From an uncultured bacterium (lineage in GTDB: Bacteria > Krumholzibacteriota > Krumholzibacteriia > LZORAL124-64-63): a DNA stretch of 64,000 bases. Numbering within the stretch: position 1 is the first letter of the stretch; each line of letters opens with the position of its first letter. The notes beneath the pieces are model-generated. The model was not told the origin of the DNA. It saw only the letters and a list, made by a program, of their open reading frames with translations, and did no database searches. A program made the position numbers and the translations under genes. The stretch covers positions 320,001-384,000 of the forward strand of contig CAVSGO010000003.1 in assembly GCA_963727525.1 (NCBI GenBank), given 5' to 3'. Of the stretch, positions 38,722 to 48,902 are shown piece after piece.

Positions 38722-39411
38722 ATGCCGTATACCTACGAGTATCCCCGCCCGGCCCTGACCGTGGACTGCGCCGTGTTCGGCCTCGACGAGGACCACCTGA
38801 AGGTGCTGCTGATCCAGCGCGACCTCGCGCCGTTCGCCGGCCGGTGGGCGTTGCCCGGCGGCTTCGTGCGGATGGACGAGACCACCGATGAGGCCGCGCG
38901 CCGCGAGTTGTGCGAGGAGACGGCGCTCGCGGACATCTACCTCGAACAGCTCTACACCTTCGGCGACGTGGAGCGCGATCCGCGCGGCCGGGTGGTGAGC
39001 GTGTCCTACTATGCGCTCGTGAATCTGCACGACCACCCGGTCCACGCCGACACCGACGCGCGGCGGGCCGCCTGGTTCTCCGTGGGCGCCACGCCGCGGC
39101 TGGCGTTCGACCACGCGACGATCCTGGACGCGGCCATCGCGCGGTTGCGCGGCAAGGTGCGTTACCAGCCGATCGGCTTCGAACTGCTGCCCACCCGGTT
39201 TCCCCTGCGCCAGCTCCAGACCCTGTACGAGCGGATCCTGGGTCGTCCTCTCGACAAGCGCAACTTCCGCCGGAAGATCCTCGGCATGGGCATCCTCGTG
39301 GAGTCGAACGAGCGAGAAAAGAACGTGCGCCACCGAGCGGCGCGCCTCTACCGTTTCGATCGCCGGAAGTACGACCGGCTGATGCGGGAGGGATTCAACT
39401 TCGAGATCTGA
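38722..39411 (+). CDS. nrtR: Nudix-related transcriptional regulator NrtR
   Basis: [16 protein letters not shown]....AARREL.EET Nudix box, EQLYTFG...RDPR, LAFDH, C-terminal w[11 protein letters not shown]. Confidence 0.92.
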   Translation: MPYTYEYPRPALTVDCAVFGLDEDHLKVLLIQRDLAPFAGRWALPGGFVRMDETTDEAARRELCEETALADIYLEQLYTFGDVERDPRGRVVSVSYYALVNLHDHPVHADTDARRAAWFSVGATPRLAFDHATILDAAIARLRGKVRYQPIGFELLPTRFPLRQLQTLYERILGRPLDKRNFRRKILGMGILVESNEREKNVRHRAARLYRFDRRKYDRLMREGFNFEI

Positions 39412-39499
39412 GAGGAGGGCATGATCATGCGCGCCCTCGTGCCGGGCCGCGCATGAATCCCTGCTTGTGGCCAGGGTTCCATAGTGTAGGCTCTACCCG

Positions 39500-40105
39500 A
39501 TGCATAACTCCACTGGCGAGAGGACGACCGCGGTGCATCGTTCCGGTTACATACTTTGCCTCCTGCTCTTCCTCGGCCTGACGACCTCCGCCACCATGGC
39601 CGCCGAGGTCGGCGCCGACCTCGTACCCGCCCCGACGCCCGAGCCCGGCACGTTGAGATCCTCGGCCCGCATGGTCGCCTTCGGCATGCTCGGCGGCGGC
39701 CTGGGGTTCATGCTGGGTGCGGTCCTGGGTGCGAATTACGGCCAGGAAGAGGGGCGCGAGCTCTCCGGCCTCGACGACGCGTTCTACGTGGGTTCGACCC
39801 TCGGGGCCGTGGGCCTTGCCACCGGCGTCCACGCGGGTGACGATTCGCTGGGCGACTTCGGCTGGGTCGTCCTCACGACCGCAGGCATCGGCGCGGCCGG
39901 CATCGCCACGGCTTTCACCGCCGACGAGGTCGGCGTGCTCTGGCTCACGGTGGTGGCCCAGTGCGCCGGCGCCGTTATCGTGGAGCGCGCCACAGCGCAC
40001 GGAAACCTCCGCGTCCAGCAGGCCACCGTCGCGCCCACCTTCTCCGTGGCGCCGTTCGTTTCTCGCGAGCACAGGCCCGGTATGGTCGTGACGTGCCGCT
40101 TCTGA
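39500..40105 (+). CDS. Hypothetical membrane/exported glycine-rich protein
   Basis: Signal-like N-terminus, glycine-zipper hydrophobic segments, terminal Phe; start uncertain. Confidence 0.55.
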   Translation: MHNSTGERTTAVHRSGYILCLLLFLGLTTSATMAAEVGADLVPAPTPEPGTLRSSARMVAFGMLGGGLGFMLGAVLGANYGQEEGRELSGLDDAFYVGSTLGAVGLATGVHAGDDSLGDFGWVVLTTAGIGAAGIATAFTADEVGVLWLTVVAQCAGAVIVERATAHGNLRVQQATVAPTFSVAPFVSREHRPGMVVTCRF

Positions 40106-40719
40106 GTGAGACTCGCACCCGTATCGTCTCCTGGCGGATCGCGTTCGCGGTGCTGCTCGCCGGTGTGCTCGGCTACGCGTTCGTGGACCGTCCGCTCGCC
40201 GTCTGGTGCAGCGGTCTGCCCGCCACGAGCGACGACGTGCTCGAGGTGGTGACCTACCTGGGCAACTCCACCTGGTCGCTGATCGGCAGCGGCGTGGCGT
40301 TCATCGTGCTCGCGTGGATCGTGCGGCGGCCACGCTGGCGCAACGCGGCCGGTTTCGTGTTCGTGTCCGTGGCGGCGTCGGGCATCCTCGTGCTCGTGGT
40401 CAAGACGGTCTTCGCGCGGCTGCGGCCGGTGGCTTTCCTCGAGAAGGGGGACTACGGCTTCACGTTCTGGAAGTTCGGCTACCGCTGGGCGAGCTTCCCC
40501 TCGGGCCACGCCGATACGGCGTTCGCGCTGGCGCTGGCCCTGGCGCTCGTGTGGCCGCGGACGCGGCGCGTGGTGTTCGCGCTGGCGGTGCTCGTGGCGC
40601 TCACGCGGGTGGTCCTCGATCATCACTACCTGAGCGACGTGATCGTGGGCGGGTACCTCGGTCTGGTCACCACCGTGCTGCTTGCGCGGTGGTTCCATCG
40701 ACGCGGGTGGGACCATTGA
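40093..40719 (+). CDS. PAP2 family phosphatase (LpxE/undecaprenyl-PP phosphatase-like)
   Basis: K....R.RP, SFPSGH, TRV....HYLSDV motifs; start uncertain. Confidence 0.9.
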   Translation: MPLLSETRTRIVSWRIAFAVLLAGVLGYAFVDRPLAVWCSGLPATSDDVLEVVTYLGNSTWSLIGSGVAFIVLAWIVRRPRWRNAAGFVFVSVAASGILVLVVKTVFARLRPVAFLEKGDYGFTFWKFGYRWASFPSGHADTAFALALALALVWPRTRRVVFALAVLVALTRVVLDHHYLSDVIVGGYLGLVTTVLLARWFHRRGWDH

Positions 40720-40753
40720 CCTGAGTCGCCCGAGCTTGCAGGGAGGACGCACG

Positions 40754-41521
40754 GTGCCGCCGCCGATCGTGATGATCCATGGCATGTGGTGCGGACCCTG
40801 GGTGTGGGATCGCTGGCGCGAGGACTTCGCGGCGCGAGGGTATACCGTCGAGGTGCCGGCGCTGCGCCATCATGACCACCCGGCCGCCGAGCCCGCCGAT
40901 CCGGGGCTCGGCACCACGAGCGTCCTCGACTACGCCGACGATCTCGCCAGCCTGATCACGGGATTGCCGGGGGCCCCGGTCGTGATTGCCCACTCGCTCG
41001 GCGGCCTGCTCGCGCAGATGCTGGCCGCACGCGGGCTCGTCCGGGCGGCGGTGCTCCTCATGCCGGCTGCGCCCGCGGGCATCTCGTCACTGCGGCCGTC
41101 AGTGCTCCGGGCTTTCGCCAGCGTGTACCGCACGCCCTTCTTCTGGCGCCGTGCGGTGCGGCCCACGCTCGCAGAGGCTGCCTACGCGATCCTGAACGCG
41201 CTGCCGCCGGCCGAGCAGCGCGCGACGTGGATGCGATTCGTCCCCGAGTCCGGCCGCGTGATCGCCGAGATCGGTCTATGGCCGCTGGACCGAGGGAGAG
41301 CGGCCGCCGTGGAGGCCATGGAAGTGCGCTGCCCCGTGCTCGTCGTCGCCGGCGGGCGGGACCGCATCACTCCGGCGGCGATCGTCCGACAAGTGGCGCG
41401 GCGCTACGGGACGGACGCGAGCTTTCACGAATTTCCGGAGCAGGCCCACTGGATCGCCGGCACCGTCGCCTGGCAGCCGATCGCCGACCTCGTGGCCCGC
41501 TGGGTCGACGATCTGGTCTGA
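40754..41521 (+). CDS. Alpha/beta fold hydrolase
   Basis: IHGMW, AHSLGG nucleophile elbow, D.ITP, HW; GGGAGG RBS. Confidence 0.88.
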   Translation: MPPPIVMIHGMWCGPWVWDRWREDFAARGYTVEVPALRHHDHPAAEPADPGLGTTSVLDYADDLASLITGLPGAPVVIAHSLGGLLAQMLAARGLVRAAVLLMPAAPAGISSLRPSVLRAFASVYRTPFFWRRAVRPTLAEAAYAILNALPPAEQRATWMRFVPESGRVIAEIGLWPLDRGRAAAVEAMEVRCPVLVVAGGRDRITPAAIVRQVARRYGTDASFHEFPEQAHWIAGTVAWQPIADLVARWVDDLV

Positions 41522-41525
41522 GCAC

Positions 41526-43100
41526 TCAGTCCGGCAATGTCACCAGCACGATGCCGCCGCGCTGGAACAGGACCCTGGCGCCGGGGAGCTTGGCCAGGTT
41601 GCCGGTCTTCGTGATACACGCCTCGCCGGGTTCCGGGCGCCGATCGGGCGTGGCCTGCCGGCGGTACACGGCAATGCTCGGATGATCGAGGCCCCACATC
41701 ACGACCGGCACGTCCAGGTCGCGCGAGAGCCTGGCGGCCGCTTTCACCGGGCCCTGCATGAGTGCGCCCGCCGCCGGCACCACCACCTCGGCGAGCAGGA
41801 TCGCGAGCGTGATGCCGGCCATCTGGATCGCGCGCCAGGGGCGCAGGCTACCGGTCCCGGCCAGGGCAACGAGCACGGTCAGTGCCATGGCGCAGGCCGC
41901 CACGTAGCCGGGGTCCAGCACCGCCGCCGCGCCGGCGAGCATGGCCGTGGCCTGTGGGTCGTGCAGGCGCGCGCGTACCATCGGTACGATCCACGGCAAT
42001 GCGCCCACCAGCAACAGGAGCGCGAACGCCGGCAGCAGCGCGAGGAATCGCGAGCGCAGATCATCGCGATACCGAGCCATGAGCACGAACAGGGGCGTGA
42101 TGCCCAGGTAGACATAGTGCGGCAGCTTGGTGCTGGCGACCGTGAAGAAGACGAGGACGAAGGCCATCCACAGCCAGCAGAAACGATCGAGCGGGTCGCG
42201 CCGCCAGGCGCGTGCGCGGGGGAGCATACGCAGCAGCAGCGCCGTGCCCGGGAGCACCGCCAGCGGGAAGACCACGAAGTAATACAGGAACGAGCCCCGG
42301 TGCCCTTCCATCGGAGCTGCGAAACGTTCGACGTTGTGTTTCAGGAAGAACCCCCGCAGGAAGGCGTCGCCCTCGGCCCGGTACTGGGCGATGTACCACG
42401 GCAACGCCACCGCGAGGAAGACGGCGATACCCAGGGGGAAGAACACCAGGCGCAACCAGTCGCGCCAGCGGCCGAGGCTGCCCAGGTAGAGCGTGCTCAC
42501 CGCACCCGGAATGAGGACCGCGACGGGGCCCTTCGTCAGCACGCCGAGGGCCATCCACAGGAAGAAGCGCACGTGCGTGGCGCGGGTCGGCGCCTCGCAC
42601 CAGCGGAAGAGGTCGAAGAGTGCCAGCGCGAGGAGGCAGTTGAGCAGGGCGTCGGCGATGGCAGCGCGGCCGATCATCATGATGCCCAGCGCCGTCGCCA
42701 TGAACGTGCCCGCGGCCAGCGCCGTATCGCGCCCGAGGCGCGGCGAGAGGAAGCGTACCAGCGCGATCACCCAGAGCGCCGCGAAGATCGCCGACGGCAG
42801 GCGGAAGGCAACCTCACGTGGGCCGAGCACGGCGACGAACGCGGCCTGGCACCAGTAGATCAGGATGGGCTTGTCGTAGCGGGGCTTGCCGTTGAGGTAC
42901 GTGGACACGAAATCGCCGCGGTCGAACATCTCCCGGGTGGCCTCGCTGAACGCGCCCTCATCGCGGTCGAAGAGGGGTGCGCCGCCGAGGTTGAGAAAGA
43001 ACCCGCAGGCGATCGCCAGGATCAGCAGCCAGAGGGGATCACGTAGTGCCGGTAGCCGGCGGCTGGTGCCAGGCAGCGTCCGGGTCGTCGAGTCGGCCAT
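41526..43100 (-). CDS. ArnT/PMT family (GT-C) glycosyltransferase
   Basis: DRDE..F....REM, DKP.L.YW, RLPSA, LTKGP, LPWY, TKLPHY. Confidence 0.9.
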   Translation of the reverse strand: MADSTTRTLPGTSRRLPALRDPLWLLILAIACGFFLNLGGAPLFDRDEGAFSEATREMFDRGDFVSTYLNGKPRYDKPILIYWCQAAFVAVLGPREVAFRLPSAIFAALWVIALVRFLSPRLGRDTALAAGTFMATALGIMMIGRAAIADALLNCLLALALFDLFRWCEAPTRATHVRFFLWMALGVLTKGPVAVLIPGAVSTLYLGSLGRWRDWLRLVFFPLGIAVFLAVALPWYIAQYRAEGDAFLRGFFLKHNVERFAAPMEGHRGSFLYYFVVFPLAVLPGTALLLRMLPRARAWRRDPLDRFCWLWMAFVLVFFTVASTKLPHYVYLGITPLFVLMARYRDDLRSRFLALLPAFALLLLVGALPWIVPMVRARLHDPQATAMLAGAAAVLDPGYVAACAMALTVLVALAGTGSLRPWRAIQMAGITLAILLAEVVVPAAGALMQGPVKAAARLSRDLDVPVVMWGLDHPSIAVYRRQATPDRRPEPGEACITKTGNLAKLPGARVLFQRGGIVLVTLPD

Positions 43101-44076
43101 CGTTCTCCTCGCGCAGTACGTAGGGCCGCGCGTGCGTGGATTCGTAGTAGGTGCGCGCCATCATCTCGGCCACGACGCCGGTGGTCAAGAACTGCACGGC
43201 GGCGATGCCCAGCACCACGCCCACGAGCAACAGGGGCCGCTGCCCGATGTCCTGGCCGAGCGCGAACTTCACGATCCCCAGGTAACCCAGGATCGCCGAG
43301 GCGAGCATCCCGAAGACCAGTCCGATCAGCCCGAAGACGTGCCCTGGCTTGGCGCGGTGGTGCAGGAAGAACGACACGGTGAGCAGGTCGACCAGCACGC
43401 GGAAGCTGCGGCTCAGGCCGTACTTCGACTGTCCTTGAGTGCGCGCGTGGTGGCGCACCTCCATCTCGCCGATGCGCGCGGGCGCGGTGACGGTGGCGGC
43501 CCAGGCGGGAATGAAGCGATGCATCTCGCCGTACAGGCGCACCTGACGGATCATGCGGGTGCGGTAGACCTTGAGGCTGCAGCCGTAGTCGTGCACGTGC
43601 ACGCCCGTGACGCGCCGGATGAGGCGGTTCGCGATGCGCGACGGGATCTTGCGCAGGAAGATGCCGTCCTGACGGTGCCGGCGCCAGCCGGTGAGCAGAT
43701 CGAGGTCGCGCGCGTGGAGCTGTTGCACCAGGAGCGGGATGTCCGCGGGGTCGTTCTGGAGGTCGCCGTCGAGGGTGGCGATGATGGTGCCGCGTGCGGC
43801 GTCGATGCCGGCCTGCATGGCCGCCGTCTGGCCGAAGTTGCGCTGCAGCGTCAGGACGCGCATGTGCGGGCCGGCGGCCGCGGCCGCGGCTTGCAATCGA
43901 CCCGCAGTGCCGTCGCTGCTGCCGTCGTCCACGAGGATCGCTTCCCAGGGGTGCGGATATCCAGCCAGGGTCTCGGAGAGTCGCGCCACGAGCGGCTGCG
44001 CGTTGGCCTCCTCGTTGTACAGGGGCACCACCACGGAGAGACGGTGGGGAGGCAGCGTGGCTCGTTCCATCATCAC
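43039..44076 (-). CDS. ArnC-like polyprenyl-phosphate glycosyltransferase (GT2)
   Basis: VVPLYNEE, DDGSSD, RNFGQTAA, DGDLQNDP.DIP, HDYGC.LK, GEMHRFIP, two C-terminal TMs. Confidence 0.92.
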   Translation of the reverse strand: MMMERATLPPHRLSVVVPLYNEEANAQPLVARLSETLAGYPHPWEAILVDDGSSDGTAGRLQAAAAAAGPHMRVLTLQRNFGQTAAMQAGIDAARGTIIATLDGDLQNDPADIPLLVQQLHARDLDLLTGWRRHRQDGIFLRKIPSRIANRLIRRVTGVHVHDYGCSLKVYRTRMIRQVRLYGEMHRFIPAWAATVTAPARIGEMEVRHHARTQGQSKYGLSRSFRVLVDLLTVSFFLHHRAKPGHVFGLIGLVFGMLASAILGYLGIVKFALGQDIGQRPLLLVGVVLGIAAVQFLTTGVVAEMMARTYYESTHARPYVLREENDGRLDDPDAAWHQPPATGTT

Positions 44077-45014
44077 GTCCCATCGCTCCGGCGCTCGTCC
44101 GCTTGCCGGCGTCCCCAGGGCAGCACGGCGGGAATCACTCCCAGGATGCTCGCACCCAGAATGAAGAGATGCAAGTTCACGGCGGCCGGCAACGCCTGCG
44201 CCAGCGCCACGCTCAACGGCGTGAGCACGGCCAGCACGCCGGCCTCATAGGTGCCCGCTCCGGCCACGCCGTGCAACGGTAGCACGCTGCTGAGCTCGCC
44301 GCCCACGGCGCCGAGCAAGGCCGTGCGCGGACCGAGGCCGGCCATGGCATGCAGGAGCCAGGCGAAGGAAGCCAGCTTCACGAGCCAGGTGATCGCGGTC
44401 CAGGCCATCGTGGTGCCCAGCATGCCCCGGGTCTCGGGGATGCCCTCGACCAGGCGGATGAGCACGCCCCGGACGCGGCCGCTGTCGCGGCGCCGCAGGA
44501 GAGCTGTCACCGGTCGGCGCGTCGCGTACGCCAGCGGGGGCACCAGCAGCCAGAGCGCGAGTACCGCGACGGCGGGAACCGGCGGCCACAGATGCAGTAA
44601 CAGGGCCGTGCCGGCGCTCAGGGCGAGCAGGTGCGCGTCGAGTACGCGGAACCAGAGCAGCCGCGGGACCGACGCGGAGGGCGGCACCGCGAAGTAGCGC
44701 CGCATGAGCACGGGAAACGCCAGCTCGCCGCTGCGCACGGGCAGGAAGTTGTTGGCGAAGGTGTGGATGAGGACCAGGCGCAGGCAATCCGACAATCGCC
44801 CCCGCGTTGCGGCGGGAAACGCGACCTCGATGCGCACGGCGCGGGCCACGTAGCTGACGAACAGCAAGAGGATCGCAGCGCCGAGGCCGGCGGGCGACAG
44901 CAGCGTCCAGGCCTGGACGATCCGGCTCCAGCCCACGGTGCGCTCGGTGAAGACGACGAAAACCGCCAGGATCACGAGCCCGATGAGCCAGCGCCAGGAC
45001 GAGGAACGGGGCAT
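44073..45014 (-). CDS. Lysylphosphatidylglycerol-synthase TM-like (UPF0104) putative flippase
   Basis: NNFLP.R.GE, P..G..G.GTYE motifs; multiple TMs. Confidence 0.82.
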   Translation of the reverse strand: MPRSSSWRWLIGLVILAVFVVFTERTVGWSRIVQAWTLLSPAGLGAAILLLFVSYVARAVRIEVAFPAATRGRLSDCLRLVLIHTFANNFLPVRSGELAFPVLMRRYFAVPPSASVPRLLWFRVLDAHLLALSAGTALLLHLWPPVPAVAVLALWLLVPPLAYATRRPVTALLRRRDSGRVRGVLIRLVEGIPETRGMLGTTMAWTAITWLVKLASFAWLLHAMAGLGPRTALLGAVGGELSSVLPLHGVAGAGTYEAGVLAVLTPLSVALAQALPAAVNLHLFILGASILGVIPAVLPWGRRQADERRSDGT

Positions 45015-45181
45015 GACGACCCTTCGTCGGGACGGAGACCGGCAGTGGCGCGCATCAATTTGCACCCGGCGGGTGCGACTATCCAGTGTAATCCCGTTCG
45101 ACGCCGGCAGGTAGGCGTGGTTCCCCCGTGGCGTCTTCTGCTAGGATGCAGCGATCGCGAGGGGGCGAGGTGAGATCCGGA

Positions 45182-46420
45182 ATGCGAGAGTACTTGCTGT
45201 CGTGCGTGCTGCTGGGTCTGGTGGCCGGGTGTGCGCGCGCCCCGGAGCTCCCGGTGGCCCGTGCCGGTCGGGCATCCCTGGCGCGGGTGCTCGTGGAGAG
45301 CGGCGAGGTCTCGGCCGTGCGGTCGCAGACCGTACGGGCGCCGATGGAGTGGAGCGGCGACCTCCAGGTCACGGCGATGGTGCCTGAAGGCACGCTGGTG
45401 GCCGCGGGGGATACCCTCGTCCAGCTCGATCCCAGCGCCCTCGACCGTGAGGCCGAGACGATAGCCGGTAAGCTTGCCGACCTCGCCGCCCAGCGGCGTG
45501 GCGTGCTGGCGAGCCAGGAATCGCAGCGCCTGCGCCTGCGTAACGCGGTGGCCACGGCCGAACTCTCGCGCGAGCAGGCGACGCTGCAGCTCGAGAAGTT
45601 GAAATTCGAGGCCCAGACGCGACGCGAGGAAGCGCGGCTGAGCCTGAGCAATGCCGGAGTTGCCCTGGAGGAGGCGCGCGCCAAGCTCCAGGCGCAGGCG
45701 GTGCTCGACAGCCTGGCGCTGGCCAAGACCGACCTCGCCCTGGCCAGCGCCCAGGCGAGCCAGGACGGGCTGCGCCAGCGCCGCGCTGCGATGATCGTTC
45801 GGGCGCCGTCGCCCGGGTTGGTGGTGTATGTCGAGAGCCGCGACCGCCAGGGCAATCGCTTCAAGCCGCGCGTGGGCGACACGGTCGATCCGTGGCGGCC
45901 GCTGGCCGAGATTCCCGACCTCACGCAGATGCAGGTGGAATTTCCTGTCCACGAAGTCGACCGCCATCGCGTCGACGTGGGGCTGTCGGTGCGGGTGAGG
46001 CTCGAAGCCGACCCCGATACCGTGTTCACCGGGCAGATCGAGACGATCGCGCGGCTAGCCACCGAGGTCGCGGACGACAGTTCGGTGCGCGCCTTCGCCG
46101 TGCGCGCTCTCCTGGATGGGCACGACCCGCGCCTGCGCCCCGGCATGACAGCGGTCGTGGAGGTGGCGCTGGGGGCCAGTGACACCCTCGTCACGATGCC
46201 GCGCACGGGCGTGTTCGAGCAGGATGGCGAACCCGTGGTGTTCCCGCGCGCCACCTGGCCGCAGCCGCGCCCCGTGCGCCTGGCGGTGCTGACGCCGCTC
46301 GTCGCCGGCATCGCCGAGGGCCTGGCTGCCGGCGAAGCCGTCGTGCTCCAGAAACCGGCCGCTGTCACCGATCTGCAGCCTCTCGGGGCTGCCGCCCACG
46401 CCAAGGACATCTTGCCATGA
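45182..46420 (+). CDS. Efflux periplasmic adaptor (MFP) 1, lipoprotein
   Basis: Lipobox VAGC, VPEG..V..GD.L, coiled coil, AP..GLVVY, LRPGMTA. Confidence 0.88.
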   Translation: MREYLLSCVLLGLVAGCARAPELPVARAGRASLARVLVESGEVSAVRSQTVRAPMEWSGDLQVTAMVPEGTLVAAGDTLVQLDPSALDREAETIAGKLADLAAQRRGVLASQESQRLRLRNAVATAELSREQATLQLEKLKFEAQTRREEARLSLSNAGVALEEARAKLQAQAVLDSLALAKTDLALASAQASQDGLRQRRAAMIVRAPSPGLVVYVESRDRQGNRFKPRVGDTVDPWRPLAEIPDLTQMQVEFPVHEVDRHRVDVGLSVRVRLEADPDTVFTGQIETIARLATEVADDSSVRAFAVRALLDGHDPRLRPGMTAVVEVALGASDTLVTMPRTGVFEQDGEPVVFPRATWPQPRPVRLAVLTPLVAGIAEGLAAGEAVVLQKPAAVTDLQPLGAAAHAKDILP

Positions 46421-47667
46421 CCCGACCGTCGTCCCGCCGGCTCACTCTGCTCGCGCTCGCCATCCTGGCGGCCGTGGCCGTCGTCGTGGTCGCGCGCGCG
46501 CGACGGGAACGGGCCGAGCTGATCACCGCCACCGCCACGCGCGGCGAGTTCCAGGTCGCGATCACCACGACTGGCCAGGTGGACGCGGTCAAGAGTCGCA
46601 ATATCAGCCGCCCGCGCGTGGGTGGATCGTGGAGCGCCGCCCAGATCGTCGAACTGGCGCCCGAGGGCAGCCTCGTGACGCAGGGCGATTTCCTCGCCCA
46701 GTTCGACACCGGCGATGCGCAGCAGCAACTCGACCAGGCCACCAACGATCTGCAGAACGCGCGCGCCGAGCTGGCGCGGCAACAGGCGGAGAGCGCGTCC
46801 ACGCTCGCGGAGCAGAAGAGCGCGGTGCTCACCCAGCAATACAGCTACGACCAGGCGAAGCTGCGCTACGACCAGATGCAGTACGAGGCCGACGTGCGGC
46901 GACGCGAGCAGGAGCTGGAGCTGAAGAAGGCCGAACTATCGCTGCAGGAAGCGCGCGATCGCCTCGACTCCCAGCAGGTCATCGCCGAGGCCGAGCGCAG
47001 CAAGGCCGAATACGCCGTCAAGCGCGCGCAGCTACAGCGCGACCAGGCCGAGCAGGCGTTGCAGGCGCTCACCATCACGGCGCCGGAGCCGGGCCTGGTG
47101 GTCTACAAGACCTACCGGGGCGGCAAGGTGAAGGTGGGCGATCAGGCCTGGCCGGGCATGGACATCATCGAGTTGCCGGACCTGTCACAGATGCAGGTAC
47201 GCACGCGTGTGAACGAGATCGACGTGCGCCAGGTGGCGAAGGACCAGGACGTGATCGTCTCCGTCGACGCCCTGGCCGACCAGGTGTTCCACGGCAAGGT
47301 GTCGCGCATCGCCACGCTCGCCCGCGCCGAGGGCGACGCGAAAGTGAAGGTCTTCGACGTCGACGTGCTGCTCGACGACGACGACGGCGACCTGCGCCCG
47401 GGCATGACCGCGCAGTGCAAGATCGTCACGGCGCACGCCGAGGATGTGGTGTCCGTGCCGCTGGAAGCCGTCTTCCCGCGGGACGGCAAGAGCGTCGTCT
47501 ACGTGGTCGACGGCGGCACGCATGCGCAGCCGGTCACCCTCGGGCTGCGCAACGACGACTTCGTGGTGGTCGAGGGGGTGGAGGCCGGCGCGTCGGTCTC
47601 GCTGCGAGATCCCGGGCAACCGTACGTGCCGCCGGCCAGCGCGGACAAGCCGGAGGCGGCGTCCTGA
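46417..47667 (+). CDS. Efflux periplasmic adaptor (MFP) 2
   Basis: N-terminal TM, EG..V..GD.L, AP.PGLVVY, LPDL..M, LRPGMTA. Confidence 0.9.
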   Translation: MTRPSSRRLTLLALAILAAVAVVVVARARRERAELITATATRGEFQVAITTTGQVDAVKSRNISRPRVGGSWSAAQIVELAPEGSLVTQGDFLAQFDTGDAQQQLDQATNDLQNARAELARQQAESASTLAEQKSAVLTQQYSYDQAKLRYDQMQYEADVRRREQELELKKAELSLQEARDRLDSQQVIAEAERSKAEYAVKRAQLQRDQAEQALQALTITAPEPGLVVYKTYRGGKVKVGDQAWPGMDIIELPDLSQMQVRTRVNEIDVRQVAKDQDVIVSVDALADQVFHGKVSRIATLARAEGDAKVKVFDVDVLLDDDDGDLRPGMTAQCKIVTAHAEDVVSVPLEAVFPRDGKSVVYVVDGGTHAQPVTLGLRNDDFVVVEGVEAGASVSLRDPGQPYVPPASADKPEAAS

Positions 47668-47669
47668 GC

Positions 47670-48902
47670 ATGCCGATCCTGGAAACCCTTCGCGTCGGCC
47701 TGGCGGGACTCAGCGCCCACCGCCTGCGCTCTTTCCTGACGATGCTGGGCATCGTCTTCGGCGTGGCGGCCGTGATCTCCATGCTGTCGATCGGCGAGGG
47801 CGCGCGCCGGCGCGTGCTCGAGCAGTACGCGCTACTGGGCATCGACAATCTGCTCGTGATCGACCAGCCCGCCCCGGCGCCCACCGACGACGACGAGACG
47901 CACCCCTTCAGCGCGGGCCTCACGCTCGGCGACGCCGCTGCCGTGCGGACAGTATTGCCGCTGGCGCGCCGGGTGGTGCCGCTGCGCATCGTGGAGAGCA
48001 ACATCCAGGCGGGCCGGCGGCGGGTCACCGGCAACGTGGTGGGCACCACGCCCGACTATCTCGCCGTCATGCGCCGCCACCTGGCTCGAGGGCGCTTCCT
48101 CGACTATGCCGACCTCGACAGCGTCGCGCGCGTCTGTGTGCTCGGGCCAGGCCTGGCGCGGGAGCTGTTCCTGGTGGCCGACCCGGTGGGCCAGCGCGTC
48201 AAGCTGGGACGTGACTGGTACACCGTGGTCGGGGTGATGGCGGACGTCGGCGTCGCGGCCGGCAGCGATTTGCACGACGTTCGCGACACGGCGCGTGACG
48301 TCACCATTCCTGTTACCTGCGCTCTGCAGCGCGTGAACCTGCCGGCGTTCACCAGCCCCCTCGATCGCCTCGTGGTGCAGGTGAGCGACGCGGATCGCAT
48401 CGTCGAGGCGTCGGGCGTGCTGTCGCGGCTCCTGAAGCGCCGGCACCGCGGCGTGGACGACTACCGCGTCGTGGTGCCGCAGCTCCTGATTCGCCAGCAA
48501 CAGGCCACCCAGCGCATCTTCAACGTCGTGATGGGCGCCATCGCCGGCATCTCCCTGCTCGTGGGCGGCATCGGCATCATGAACATCATGCTGGCCAGCG
48601 TCCTCGAACGCACCCGCGAGATCGGCGTGCGCCGCGCCGTGGGCGCCACCGAGCGCGACGTGATGCTGCAGTTCCTCTTCGAAGCGGTGGGTGTGAGTTT
48701 CCTCGGCGGTCTGCTCGGCGTGGCTTTCGGATTCGCGCTCACTCAGGCCATTGCCAGCTATGCCGGCTGGCCGGTGGCGATCGCGCCGTGGTCGGTGCTT
48801 CTGGCGTTCGGCGTGTCCGCCGCCGTGGGCATCCTCTTCGGCTTCTACCCCGCGCGCCGCGCCGCGCGCATGCGCCCCATCGAATCGCTCAGGTACGAAT
48901 GA
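47670..48902 (+). CDS. MacB/FtsX-like ABC transporter permease (no NBD)
   Basis: RSFLTMLGIVFGVAAVI, SLLVGGIGIMNIMLASV.ERTREIG.RRA.GA, FG.YPA..AA...PI.SLRYE. Confidence 0.93.
   Translation: MPILETLRVGLAGLSAHRLRSFLTMLGIVFGVAAVISMLSIGEGARRRVLEQYALLGIDNLLVIDQPAPAPTDDDETHPFSAGLTLGDAAAVRTVLPLARRVVPLRIVESNIQAGRRRVTGNVVGTTPDYLAVMRRHLARGRFLDYADLDSVARVCVLGPGLARELFLVADPVGQRVKLGRDWYTVVGVMADVGVAAGSDLHDVRDTARDVTIPVTCALQRVNLPAFTSPLDRLVVQVSDADRIVEASGVLSRLLKRRHRGVDDYRVVVPQLLIRQQQATQRIFNVVMGAIAGISLLVGGIGIMNIMLASVLERTREIGVRRAVGATERDVMLQFLFEAVGVSFLGGLLGVAFGFALTQAIASYAGWPVAIAPWSVLLAFGVSAAVGILFGFYPARRAARMRPIESLRYE

Noticed and set aside
46629-47669. N-terminal extension of the permease ORF that might hide an ATPase
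   Set aside because: Off-frame overlap with MFP2; no Walker or signature motifs
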